Of a stretch of DNA of 64,000 nucleotides, positions 13,823 through 27,110 are shown in pieces. Source of the DNA: Setoptus koraiensis. Taxonomy: Eukaryota; Animalia; Arthropoda. The stretch covers positions 22,630,001 through 22,694,000 of the forward strand of contig CM106585.1 in the NCBI GenBank assembly GCA_048013815.1, given 5' to 3'. Under the pieces are notes generated by a model, which was not told the origin of the DNA, ran no database searches, and was given only the letters and a program-made list of their open reading frames with translations. Each line of letters begins with the position of its first letter. Position 1 is the stretch's first letter. Position numbers and translations under genes: made by a program.

Positions 13823-13866
13823 CTACATAATGTGCGCGTGTTACGTAACACGCGCACATTATGTAG
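13823..13866. repeat. Perfect 44-bp palindrome centred on TTACGTAA
   Basis: ctacataatgtgcgcgtgttac|gtaacacgcgcacattatgtag. Confidence 0.95.
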
Positions 13867-15979
13867 CAGCACAGCACAGTGCAACGAGGCACAGTTTATG
13901 ATTGTATTGTGATCATGAGGCGCTCATGAGAATCAATTGAGGCCTAGAACACAGACACAGCCAGCGAGCGAGCTATTGAGAGTGACACAATGCGCGCATA
14001 CAGGAAATTGACTTAGCAGGAAGTTAGGAAATGGTGCGCTGCCTGCACAATAGAGCTGCCTGTGCACCATATATATACATATATATAGATAAAGTGGCTG
14101 CTTTTCTTTGTTGGCTTGCATCACTCTCGTTGTTTGCTCTCTCTCTCGCTCTCTGTGTCTCTGTTTGGGATCTGGTGCACGCCATCTTGCACCGCCGCCC
14201 ACTCAACTCGCCAATACATTGAGTGTTCTTTTGTGGGCGCTATCTGTGCGCTTGCAAACAAGGGCTGCAAACAAGCGGCGGGCCCCAAACGGGAGGCTGG
14301 CCGCTTGTTTGGGCCCCACGGTTGCACGAGCCAACCGAACCGAGCCGAACCGGGCAAGAGGCACAAAGCAATCTGTGCCGGCACTGGACTGCGCTAATCA
14401 ACTGGTGTTACTGGCACACTCATATTTGCCATGTTGCCGAGTGGGCCTGTTTCCGGTCAGCCGCTTATTCTGTGCAATTCTGGGCAGCGTGTGCGTGTGT
14501 GCGCCATCAACTACTTTGGCTACTTTGTGAGCAGCCAACAAGCCACTTCTATGTTTGTGTGTGTCCAGCATGCAGCAGAATGGACACGGCTTGCCAGTGA
14601 TGCTGGCATAATGTGCAATTTCAGTTATGTGATTCGCAGCTATGCGACGCAGCGTCACTTCAGTTATGTAATCCCGGTTATGTAATGTGCATAAACTGGA
14701 TATTGTGTGATGCGATTCCAAGCGATGCCGAGCGATGCCGAGCAACGCCGAGCAATGCCAAGCGATGCCAAGCGATGCGATGCCAGGCGATGCCGTGTGA
14801 TGTGATGTGATGTGATGTGACGACAAGCTATGACGCAACGCCAACACGCCAAATACGTGAAATGATTGGGCCGCGGTTGTGATTTTGGGGCGCGTTTGTG
14901 ATGCGATGAAACGCGCTGATATGAAACTTAACACTATCGCGCGCCGGCCAAACATCACGCTGGCCAGACACCGTGCTAAACCCAGTGCAAACACTGGCCT
15001 CGCGAGCCCAAACAGCTGACATGATGGCGAGATTATGCCGAGACTCAGTGCCAAAATGACAGTGTAAAAATGCCAGCGCAAAAATGAATCGTTGCAATCG
15101 CTCGTCTTGTTCAGTTTTGTCTGTCGCACCGGATCGGTGCGCTGTTCGCTCGCTTTACTTTATTGCCAGCAACAAGGCTCAATGTAGAGCGAGACAAGAC
15201 TCGAGGGCCCCACACCGTGCGATATTGCGCGTCAAATCTCGCGCTCTTTGACCTAATTGATGGATGGGGTTGGTTGTGGCGATGTGAGCTGGTTTTGTCG
15301 CAATCAAACTGCGCAAATCGATACTGTCCCACCGAGCCCGCCACCCAGCGACTGGATTTGCTGGGTTAGCTCACAGATGGACGCAGCGCACAGTTTGTGG
15401 GGCCCCAGTTGAGCGAATTCGATAGGCTTTGCTGGTTGGTGTATCGAGAGTCACAAATTGGGCCATCACTTGGCGTCAGTTTTTTCACCAGTTTGGCCCG
15501 CGCGCAAACTGTGCGCTTTTTGCAATTTTTGTGCAGGCTGTTCACACTGGCAACACATGCCGGCGTAAACAGAGTGTGCATAGAGGCGATAATAAGCGAG
15601 CCACACGTGACAGATGAGAGAGCGTGGTGTTTATTTCAACAATTTATTACTATTATTATTCATTATTTATTATTCATTATTTGCATTTGCAACCATTTGG
15701 CGTGCGCTTCTCGCGTTGCCAAGACACACGAGCGAACAGTTGAGATGGCCAGATGATAGAGGCGCCACCATGACAACCCCGCCCGATTGTGGCGCCCCCT
15801 GAGCGTTGCAGCGGCCTGACAGCGGCAGCTTGCGAGCGGCAAGTTGCAAGTCGCAAGTGGCGAGCTTGTTGTGCCAATTGGGCACAATTGGGCATTGTTT
15901 GCTGGGGCCAACTATTGCGTGTCGTGCACTTTTGAGATGCTCTACTGCCGATAAAAGCCGGGCCCCGGTTGCCAGTTAT

Positions 15980-16059
15980 ATTCACATGTCGGCTGTATTC
16001 ACATGCCGGCTGTATTCACATGCCGGTTGCATTCATATGCCGGTTATATTCATGTACCG
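15980..16059. repeat. Degenerate 17-bp minisatellite (attcacatgccggctgt) x~4.5
   Basis: Tandem units read directly. Confidence 0.8.
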
Positions 16060-17806
16060 GGCAGCGGACGCTGTTGTGGTGTGTTTGCATCTGGTGCGGC
16101 CGGCGCCGGTCCCGCACCCGCGCCCGAGCCCGAGCCCGAGCCCGAGCCCGACCCAAACGGCACCTGTACGCCGGCATGCATTTTGTGATACATGATTTGT
16201 CACGTCATGTCACGTCACGTCGTGTCACGTCACTTTGCGTCACGTTGCTCGCCTTATTCTGTGCCGTTGTGTCGCATAGTTGCGTCATTTATTTGCGCGT
16301 ATATTGATAGCAAGCGAGTCGCCATGTCGTCATCATCTCGTGCCAGCTCATATGGTCGAGCGTCGTGTTGCGTCATATGATGGCCGCAATGAAGATGACG
16401 ACATGACATTAGAGATAAGCGACGACCAATCATTTGTATGGTGATGACGACGATGACGGCCCCCTGCCCCCACCCCCAAACCAAAATCGACACACACACG
16501 GCATGTGATGCGCGCGAATCACACGTGAATCGCGCGCGCACAGTGCACGCGTCGACGCCCAAAAATCAACTCTGCCGTTACGTCACTCTGGCAACTCTGC
16601 CGTTACGTACGTGCTGTTGGCACCATTCGGGCGCCGCTCGGGCACCATTGGGGCATTGTTTCGGTGCATCGTTTTGGGGCACTGCTGGGGCACCTTTGGA
16701 GCACGCCGGCCGGACAGGTACGGCGGCCGGTCGCGTCGCGTGTGTCGGCCAGTTGTAACAGGCCGCCATTATGTGTCGGTCGGTCGGTCGATGTGGTTGC
16801 GCGCCAAACATAATTTGTGTGCGAGCGTGCGATTGTCGCAATCGTGCGCCATCGCCAATAATTGTGCGCGCCCGTCGGTAACAATTGTGCGCCCCCGCTC
16901 TCAAGCAGCAATGAGGCGCAATGAATGGCCAATGTCAGTGGTCGGTGGTGCATAAATGTGCGCCAGTTGATCAGCATACACTCACAGTGGCTGGTGAGTG
17001 GCTGCACACGGCCAATGTTGTGCTGGCCAAAACTCTGTGCTGTTGCCGAGCTGACCACTTGCGGTTTTACGCTGTGGCCGGTCTTGTTACCTGTGCGTGC
17101 AACGTGCACTTGCAGTCGCATTCGGTTGGCTCGCGTGCAGCGTGCGTGTCGTGCTTGTTAACAGTCAACTCATAGTGTCGACTGTTGTGCCAACCGCTCC
17201 ATTAACAACACCAACGAGCCAGGCGAGCGCCCACTGTGCTCATTATCGTGTGCTCGCCAGAGGCAGCCCAACTTGGGGCCCCCGCCAGCAAAACGCTGTA
17301 TAAACAGTGGAGCGATATCCACAAATATCCAGCCAGATATCCGAGCGAGATGCCGAGGCGCGTAGAGGCACGAGCGACTGTATTGTGGCGACTTTATGGC
17401 ACGCAGCACAAATGTTCGTGAGAGACACATATAACTATGCAGCTGGACAGAGCAGTTACGTAACACGTTGCTATCTGTTGGCTGTTTCTCGCGCTGGCTC
17501 GTTGGCTCGTCAACAGTTAACAGTTAACAGTGGATAGTGGATAGTGGATAGTGGCGCTGCTGTCGTCGGCTCGTGCGATATGAGTCATATCACCTTTGCA
17601 CAGTGGACACGCACAACTGGCACAGTTAGCACAGTTAGCAAATGGTCAATTGGGCTCTCACTTGCAAACTAACAATTGCAACGGGCTGCAAATGAACGCT
17701 GAACCGTGTTACGCAATCCGCTGCTTGTGACACGCTAATAGTCAACAACCGTCAGATATGTTGAGCCAAACATTAAGCTAATTGATTGTGTTTGCGGTGT
17801 ACGCAG

Positions 17807-17869
17807 CCGACAGCCAACAACCGACGACCGACAGCCAACAACCGACGACCGACAGCCAACCACCGACGA
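17807..17869. repeat. 21-bp minisatellite (ccgacagccaacaaccgacga) x3
   Basis: Tandem units read directly. Confidence 0.85.
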
Positions 17870-19410
17870 GCATGCCACTCGATAGCCATTGACACAATTG
17901 CACTTTGGCCATTGCTCGCGAGTCGCGACCATTATCATTGTGCGCTTGCCATCATTGCGTTTTTGGTCTTGAGGCTGCCTTGGCAATTGCGACCATTACA
18001 CAACTGTGCAACTTGCCAGTGAGCACAATTGCACAGCAAACAAATTGCATCTGACCGTCAGACTGTCACGATATCGTCATCTAGTCGCAGTGACAATCGG
18101 AGACACTCCAATCGTCAATGTGCACCCCAAACCGTTGCATAACAGTTGCATAACCCTTGTCAAGCGTCGTCAACCGGTGTCAACCGGTATTGGTCACCAA
18201 TGCCCAATGTCCGCTTTGCGTTTGTCAATTTTGTGCTCATCAGCGCGCAGAATGCAAGTACATGACAAGTTGTGTAAAGTTAGTTGAGTATTTGGTCGCT
18301 AGTTGCAAATGGGCGCGATGCAACACTTGCCACCGATATCCATATCGGTTGCATCTCTCGGCTAGTTGTCAGTGTGACCTATTCTCATGAGTTATGTCAC
18401 ATGCCAAGTGTCACACAAATGCAAGTCAAATTAGTGATAACAATTTCTAATTGGCACGAAACAACCAACTGACCTGCGACACCGACAGTAGAGATGCAAC
18501 GGGGCCCAACAATCACAATTGTTATCCGTATTCCGCTCGTGCAAACGAACAATCGATGGTGCAAACAAATCGACCACAAAATAGCCAATCATGCATCGAT
18601 TGGATATTGGTCACATTGAATATATGCGGGCATATGGAACAGGTAGAGCATACAGAAGCGCACTAATTTAGGAAACAACAAAATTGTGCAAAACATGCAA
18701 AATCTATTGGCGTTCGACAGTTGATATATTAAATTGAATTGATGCATATATTAAATTAAATTATTCGCCTGAGTCGCTGTCGTCACGATTCTGACTATGA
18801 CCACACAACAATCGATGGGCCCCAAGATATGGCAAGCGAGCCATTTGTGTATACTTGTGATTCACAAGTTGTGAATACATTGTGAGAGCGTCGTGCAAAA
18901 GTAAGCTGACCAGTGATAGTCGTGCCATTTTGTGGCCCATTCGTTGATGAATATCCATACATGTGGCTTTCAGATTGATATGGTTCATTACGAGATACAC
19001 ACGAAATATTTATGCATGGATATTCAATTCAACTGCCCCCTTGAGTGAACAGTTAGCTGTGAGCGGCGATTGCGCAACGCCAACAAGAGCCGAAGGTAAC
19101 GGACGTGAGATTTAAATGGTGACTTGCGTTAGACAGAAAGTTGCGTTTTACTTTTACGTAACAGATACACTTTGGCCATTGTTTGTCAACCATTACGCAA
19201 GAAAATCCACCAAATCATTGGGGTGCCTTCGGGGATTTTAGCTGCTTTATCTGTGCTTTATCGTTTGTCTTTTGTTAGTTTGCTAGCCAGTTTAGTATAT
19301 TGGCCACACCCCCGTGTGCTCGCCATGACCGACATGGCCAGTCTGGCGCGGGTACCGGGGATACGCACAGGGGGGGAGGGGGCAAAGTTGGCAAGTTGGT
19401 GGGTGCGTAC

Positions 19411-19411
<1 letters not shown>

Positions 19412-19452
<41 letters not shown>
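19412..19452. repeat. (AC)n microsatellite, ~20 units
   Basis: Read directly. Confidence 0.95.
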
Positions 19453-19454
<2 letters not shown>

Positions 19455-19716
19455 ATGCCAGTTGTGTGATTAATGGACATTGCCACTATTATCAATACAC
19501 ACAAAACCCTCGAAAAGCCGTTATTTGGCATCATTTGGGGCCAACCGCTGACCATTTGCTTGCAGTGAGCGATGTTGTTGTGCGCCGGTCAGTCTCTTTT
19601 GTTATCTCAATTATCCATTATCTCTATTTGTGGTGCGCTCTGTGTGTCACTTGTTTTATCCACTCTTTATTTATTTATTTATTTTGCTGTGCTGTTACAC
19701 TAGCAATCTACCGAGC

Positions 19717-19857
19717 ACAGCCGCCAACAGCCGCCAACAGCCGGCAACAGCCGCCAACAGCCACCAACAACCGGCAACAGCCACCAACAACCGCCAACAG
19801 CCGCCAACGACCGGCAACAACCCGCAACAACCTACAACAACCGACAACAAGCGCCTA
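19717..19857. repeat. Degenerate 10-bp minisatellite (caacagccgc-type) x~13
   Basis: Tandem units drifting along the array. Confidence 0.8.
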
Positions 19858-22800
19858 ACAAAGTGACTCGTCGTTGCGAGACTGACCGATAGGCGGACAG
19901 TGTTGCGTCGGTGTGACCGTAAGCTCAATCGTCTGGCCGAATCATCGCCGTGCCACTGACACACAAAAGTGTGGCAATGTTGAAATGACTTTGGCCGCGT
20001 CGTCACCAGTGACAACAATATTTTGTCCGCTAATCGATTGATTAATTAGCGCGCACAGCGAGAGGCCGTCGATTGAGAAAGGTCGACGTGAAAATGCAAA
20101 TGCTGTTTGTTGCATAAGTGGCAAAGTTGTCAACTCGTGACAAACTTGTCACCATTTCAGCATGCATTGGTCCCGTGTGTGCACTTGTCATTGGCCCGCT
20201 TTAATTTATGCACGGCCAACACTCACAATTGACAAATTGTCAGCCGGACAATTGACAATTGCACAATTTTACAATTTTACTATTTTACTATTTTACTATG
20301 TAATTGAATAATCGTGTTATCGCTCGCTGTCAGCGGCTTAAAACTATTCGGCGCGAACGAATTTGTGCAATTGCCATGTCAGCCCTCAGGCTTTTGTTTC
20401 TTGTTGAAGCTTCAAGTCTTATTTGACAGTATGTAACAACGCTGTTATATACTGGCAGTGAAATGTTTTGTTTCATCGCAACTCGCCACTCACATTAAAC
20501 ATTGAACATTGGTAGTTACTTATTTGACTGACATATTACGTAATTTATATTACGTATGTCAGTGATTGCGTATATCATAACAACAGCGGCAGCAACATTC
20601 AATTCGAGCTCACAATTGTCAGTGCTACTTGATGAATGCGCCACATGAGCAGCGGCACAACAACGACAACAACGAGCGGGCCCCAAATAAGGACTCACAA
20701 ACAGGCCGATGCCCAAGTAAATGCGATGCACTTGTCGTGCAAGCAGCGCTGTTACGTAACCATTGTGTTGTTGGCCACTGATTTTGGTCTCCAATGATCA
20801 TGTCATGTGAGGGCCAGTGACCAGTGTCCACCGGCAGCGGCAGCACTCACACAATAGACGGGCCACGGTTGTGATAGATATGAACGTTGCCAGTGGCATT
20901 TATAGTGAGTGTAATCGAATACAATTGTTATTAATTGTAACCCTAGCCCGAGTCTCTTGGCTCGCCACTGTTTGCTGGCCTCGTCCCATCATGGCCGGGC
21001 CCTCAGTACCCTACGCTGATGCCTACGCTGGCCATGCCGCGATACCCTGGCGAAAGTGCCCCCTGAGCCCACACCAAAACTGATGCTTGGTGTCTCATTG
21101 TTGAGTCTGCCGCCCGCTTGTTTTGGCCCATTGACCAATTGGCCCCGGCAAGCGCCACAACGCATAAGTCGACTGCTGAAAAGGGGGCCCCATTGAATTG
21201 GTTTGGTTTTGGTGTTGGTTTTGGTTTGGGTTGTCGTCGTTGCAAGTTTTGGGGGGGATGGGGGCAGAGGAAGGGCACGCCCAATGGAATAGCGTCTGGC
21301 AGCGCAAAGAATGCCACCGATGAAATGAGCAAGCCAGCAAATAAGCTGCACGCTGCTTTCGAGCTGGCTCGGGCACATTATATGGCCTATGGGCCCCACA
21401 GTGTGAAGCCCATAGTTTGGGGCCCCCCCCCACACACACGCTGTTGGGCAGGGTTGCTGGCGGGGCCTCAACGGGTCACTGAGCGGTTCGGGGCGAGATG
21501 ATAGATGAGGCTCGAGATGAGCGATCGATTGCAAGCATCGGATTCTTTCTCCGCTCGCTGTGTGCTCTCTGTTGCAACAACTGGCCCCTCTCTGGCCAAT
21601 GGCGCCAACATGAGACCAATACGACGCTCAGCAACAATGACTCTCTCTCTCTCTCGATGGGCCCCACACTCTGTCGCACACTGATCTGTCGCGCGCCGAT
21701 CTGTCGCACGCCGTTGGCTGGCGAGCTGGCTGGCTTGCTGGCTGGCTAGCTGGCGAGCTCGAGATGGGCCGATCGGGCGAGTGGGCAAGTTGGAACGGGG
21801 GCCCCTCGCAGTAGCCGGCACAGTAGCCAGCGCAGTAGCCAGCGCAGTAGCCGGCACAGTGGCGGGCACAGTGGCGGGCATTGTTCGCAAATAGACGCAT
21901 CCATTTATTTGTGGGCCCGCCAATTGTTGTCTGGCCACCGCCGGCCAAGCCAGCCACTGCCAATAGCCGTGGCAAGCTTATACTTCCTGTCGGCTGGCTC
22001 GCGTTGCCATTATCTGGCTGGCTGAGGCCCGGCCGCTGTGCAGCTTGGCTTGTGGCTGTCGTTACTGTGACTGTGTGCGTGTGCGTGTCATCATTTGAGA
22101 CATTCAACTGCATACACTGCAACGCCAAACACTGTCTGCAGTGCCCCTAGTAGACGGTGTTGGCAAACACTGGGCCCACTATCAAGATTATATATATATA
22201 TTATATATATGCGCATACTGCATCGCATATCGTATATATGTATAGTATGTATGTAGTATTATATACTACATACAATATACAATATATGGTATGTATATAG
22301 TATGTGTGCAGTATGCGCCGCGTAGTGGTAGTATGTGGCAAGGGCAATTGCAAAAGTGGAGCATATTAAATATTATATAATATATATTATATATTATGGC
22401 ATTATGGATATTGAGTGGTGGGCGCAAAAAGCGGCGCCAAACTGGCGTTCGGTTCAGCGTGGCGCCAATAAAACAGAGTGGCCCCAATGGCTGCTCCGGC
22501 TGCCGAGATGCCGAGATGCAAAGTCGGCCCAATTGGCGCCCCATTTGCATGCCCGCGCCGGCCAACTCTGTTCCGGCCCGTCGCTACACGCGCCTGTCGG
22601 GTATGTGTGAGTGGGTGCATGTGTGCGGGTACGTGTGTGTGCGGGCGTTGTGGCCTCACGACAACACTTGTCGTCGGCGACGCCAACACCCTGGGCCCCT
22701 TGGCGCTGGGGCAAGACAGTGCGCGAATGGGAGTTTACAGTTGCCGTTGTTGGTCGGCCACTGGTTGTTCATGGCTCACTCATCATCGTCATCCGCGAAC

Positions 22801-24039
22801 GGTGCTCGCTGGCGGTGAAAGTGCCCACTGCAACAACAGCAGCAACAACAACAGCAACAACAGCAGCAACAACAGCAGCAACAACAACAGCAACAACAAC
22901 AGCGACAACAGCAGCGACAGCAACAGCGCCAACAACAACGACAACGCCAACAACCGCGACAAGCGGCCGCGCGACAACAACGACAACATCAACAGCGCTG
23001 CTGGTGAGAGCAATAATGGATTGGACGATATTAAATTACTAATTCAATATGATTGGTGCCACTTTGTTGGCTCACTCCCACTTTTGCGTCCGCTTGGCTC
23101 CGCGTGCGGGGGGCCCACTCAATTTGTGCGCCATTGCGCCCGCAAACTCGACAAATTCGACAGATAAATTCCAGTTGCGCGCGGCTGGGGCCCGTTCGCC
23201 GGCGCCGCTTATTTGCCCGCTTGCCGGCTACTCGGCGGCGGCCTGTTTGCCAGCCAGTCGGGGTCGCGCCGGGCCAATGGGGCCGCGACTCGCCGGGCCC
23301 CCACCAGCCAATCGTGCCAGCTAATGTGTATTTGTCGCCAACCTACGCACTTTGCTCTCTCTCTCGCTCTCTCTCGATCGCTCGCGAGCCTCGCCAAGTT
23401 CAAGCGAGCACACAAAGTGAATTGGCCCAAAAGGCAATGAGTAAACGGGGCGGCGTTCAATTGCTAACTGTCGACACGAGTCGTCGACATATCGCGCGTA
23501 AGCTGCCAATTGGCGCCACTGCTCCAATTGGGGCCCCGCTCGCCGCCTCTCCGGTGTCGTATGGTTTGCACAAGACATACGATCGATGCAAGATAATTCG
23601 TCTCGATGCACACACACCCACTGGCTAACAAACAAACAAGTGCAATTGCGATTGTTTGCGGTGGCCGCTCTTTTGCGCCCTCGCAAACACTTAGCCAAGA
23701 GTGGCGAGAGTGGCGCCATTTGTGAGAATTGCCCGACTTGCCAGTGAGCCAAAAAGGAAACTCGCCAGTAGGCGACGCATTGGCGACGCACTGGCCCCCA
23801 ACTGGCCATTTAGAGACACTGTAATACAGTGACTGTATCGCGCGCTGTATAAGTTAGATATAAGCTCGATCGCGCGTCTCGATTGGGCCCCTTTCGGCAA
23901 CTTGCAACACTAACGTCGTCGTAACATTGCAATATACGCTGCTGAAATTACATAATTTGTCGGCAAGTTGCTCGGTGCGATCACTCACTGTGGCGAGCTC
24001 GACGCTCTTGTGACGAGTCGCCGCAATGGCCGAGACTCG

Positions 24040-24041
<2 letters not shown>

Positions 24042-24086
<45 letters not shown>
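24042..24086. repeat. (GT)n microsatellite, ~22 units
   Basis: Read directly. Confidence 0.95.
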
Positions 24087-24088
<2 letters not shown>

Positions 24089-26229
24089 CACTGTTACGTC
24101 ACCTGTACAATGTTCACACAATGTCGCAAGCTGGCAAGCATAAATGATAGTTGGCCAAATTGCGCAACATATTCCCGCAACATGGTGCGACATCGTAAAT
24201 CTCGGCCCCGCTCACAATGTCAGCGGCCAAAATTCCGTCCCCATTTTGCCGACGACCGTGCACGTGGTTAAGTGATGAAGGCGCCAACGTGCTTACCAAC
24301 AATGCTTATGCAATCATTAGCATCATGATAAGTGTTACGTAACCATAAACAACAATTACTGACAACTGTGCAACTTACGGTCACCACTTACGTAACAAAT
24401 GATGCAAACATGCAAGTGAGTCGACCATTGTCACTGTCACTACTACCAGTACAAGCCAGATGTAGTGGCTTGCCACCAGCAGCGCCCTCTCTCCTTGAGT
24501 GCACAATTGAGATTGGACACGAGTGACACGAGTAGTGAGTTTGCACAACGGGCGTACGCATTTGTGAAAACTGCATTTGTTTTGCAGGAGAGTTTGCACA
24601 AAACAAGTTTGTTGTGTTATTTGGTCGCATTGTTTCATGATGTTGATTTGCTGTTGTTGCGGGCCGCAATTTTGCGCAAATGCACCAGAAATGCATCGGA
24701 AATGCCAGAGAAATGCCAGAGAAACGCCAGGGGCCCCCGCGGCAAAGGCTATAATTAAGATTAAGCAAGATTTAGTTTGCACAATTGCGAGTTTGGGCCG
24801 CTCGCAATTTGGTTGCGACTGTTCACTTCAATTATAGATTTTATTAATATGTTCTCGTCTTGGTTGGTCCGTGTTTAGCTAAGCGTCAATTATGGCTTGT
24901 TATATGGGCTTAAAATTGCTGTGTGCGTGTGCGCGTGTGTGTGCGTGTGTGTGTGTGTAATCATGTTGTTGTCGAGAAGAAAAAGATGTCGTTGTTTGTG
25001 TGCCGGCGGAATGGCCATTTTAGTGCAAAAGTGTATATATTTTGTGTCCAGTCATGTATCATTTTCACTCAATCAATTGTGACTTTCTCTTTTGCTTTGG
25101 CTTGTGTGTTCTTAAAGTTGCTCAAGTGAACGAGCGAGGGAGCACAGAGGGAGAAAGGGAGCCCCAGAGCGAGGGAGCGACTCGGATGACTCTTGGCTAA
25201 CACTCTTTCCGCTTGGTTAGTCTTGGCCAGTTTGTTGCTTGTTACAAATAATCTGCTTTGTTGCTTTGTTTATTTGCAGGTTGGCAAGCCGTGTATTTGG
25301 TGTATATTTGCTGTGTGTGTGTTTGCTGGCTGTTTGCCGGCAGTTTGCTGGCTGTTTGCTGGATGTTTGCTGGCTGTTCGAGCTGCAGCAACAACAATCA
25401 GATTATGATAGCGCCCGTTGGTGTCTATTGTCAGCGAGGGTCACTTGTAACGCGCACAAGCCTAGCCAACTGCACAATTTGCCAAGTAGTCGAGTCCAGA
25501 TTTCGCCCGGCCCGTCGCTTGGCCTCTTTTTGGGGCCCGCGTGTAACGGTGTTTGGGTGGCTGGTTTGTAAAAGTCGCATTGTAAAAGCGTGGATATGGC
25601 ACGGATATGGCACACACACACACACACACACAAAATGTGACAAACACACGATATAGCGCAAGTTACACATGAGTCATGTTGCATTATGATAAGTCTTAAT
25701 AAGTCTCAAAAGTCGCTCCATCGGGGCCCCAATTCGCTCGAGCGGCTGCTGCGGGCCGCCCGATACCGGGGGCCAGTATTGGCCAAGCGTCGGTGCAGCC
25801 AGTGCCAAGTATAAATTGGCACTTTTATTTTGGCAAGATCAACACACACGCACACGCACTATCGATGCTTGCTCGTTTGCCTGGCCCATCGATGCCCAAC
25901 CATCGACAATTGGCTCGATCACAGCAACCAGCTTGCCCATGATAATAAGCGATACTAGCCAACTAGCTTGCCAGCTAGCTCTCAACTAGCTTGCCGGCTA
26001 GCTCGCTGCCGGGCGCCACATTGCTCAGTGCCATATGATTGCTTAAATTGGGCCCCACCTTTTGCATCATAATTTGCAACAGAAGCACAGTAGCAGTTGC
26101 AGCAGTGCTAGCACTCTGCCCCCAGGCGACATCTAACGCCTCACCTGTCGGCGCGCGCTTGTCATTCGCTGGCGCCCTTTGCGTATTGGGGCCCCGTTGA
26201 TGGCCTCGAGGTGGCTGCAGCTGAAGCAT

Positions 26230-26261
<32 letters not shown>

Positions 26262-26471
26262 TCGCTGTTGTTGTTATCGTTGGTGTCAATGGTGTCAGTA
26301 AAGGTGTGGGGGCGCCGGTGGGGGTGTTCATGGGTAGGTGTTGGTGTTTGGTGTCACTGGGGCACCGGCACAGATTGTAACTACGCGTTGTAAGTCATCG
26401 CTGGCCCATGATGAACCTGATCAATCTGTGCTACGACGTGTTTAGCATAATTAATGGTCTTGTCCGCATTG

Positions 26472-26472
<1 letters not shown>

Positions 26473-26524
<52 letters not shown>
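26473..26524. repeat. (TG)n microsatellite, ~26 units
   Basis: Read directly. Confidence 0.95.
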
Positions 26525-26526
<2 letters not shown>

Positions 26527-27040
26527 GCTCAACAAGATGAGCCATGCCATAATTATGCAATAGGAAGTGGGCGTAGTCTCGTAGTTGTGTGTGTGGCATG
26601 ACATTGGCCATGTCATGTTGAATTGATCTACGTTCTGACAGGCAACACAACGGCAACAGCGACAGCGATAAGCGACACGACCAGCAACAGCAACAACAAC
26701 AACACCAACAACAGCAGCCGCAACAACAACAACAGCAACAACAACAGCAGCAACAACAGTCACAGCAAGGCATAAACGATGACCAATAATGGCCTCTGAC
26801 TCACAACGCAACACATAGTTATTATGCTATTATCATCACACGATACACACACACAATTAATTATTAATGCCAGCATCGTCTGCTACTCTCCGTATGATAC
26901 TATGTGATATTATTAAATATCGAAACAATATCAATATAACGATGATGCCATAAGCTTGTGTGCTGGCCCATTATTAGTATTTATAACAATAATTATCTTT
27001 TTTGCCCACCAATTGACCTGTGTTCACGCGACCTGACTTG

Positions 27041-27110
27041 TGCACCGTTCTGCACCGTTCTGCACCGCTCTGCACCGTTCTGCACCGTTCTGCACCGCTC
27101 TGTACCGTTA
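27041..27110. repeat. 10-bp minisatellite (tgcaccgttc) x7
   Basis: Tandem units read directly. Confidence 0.9.
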
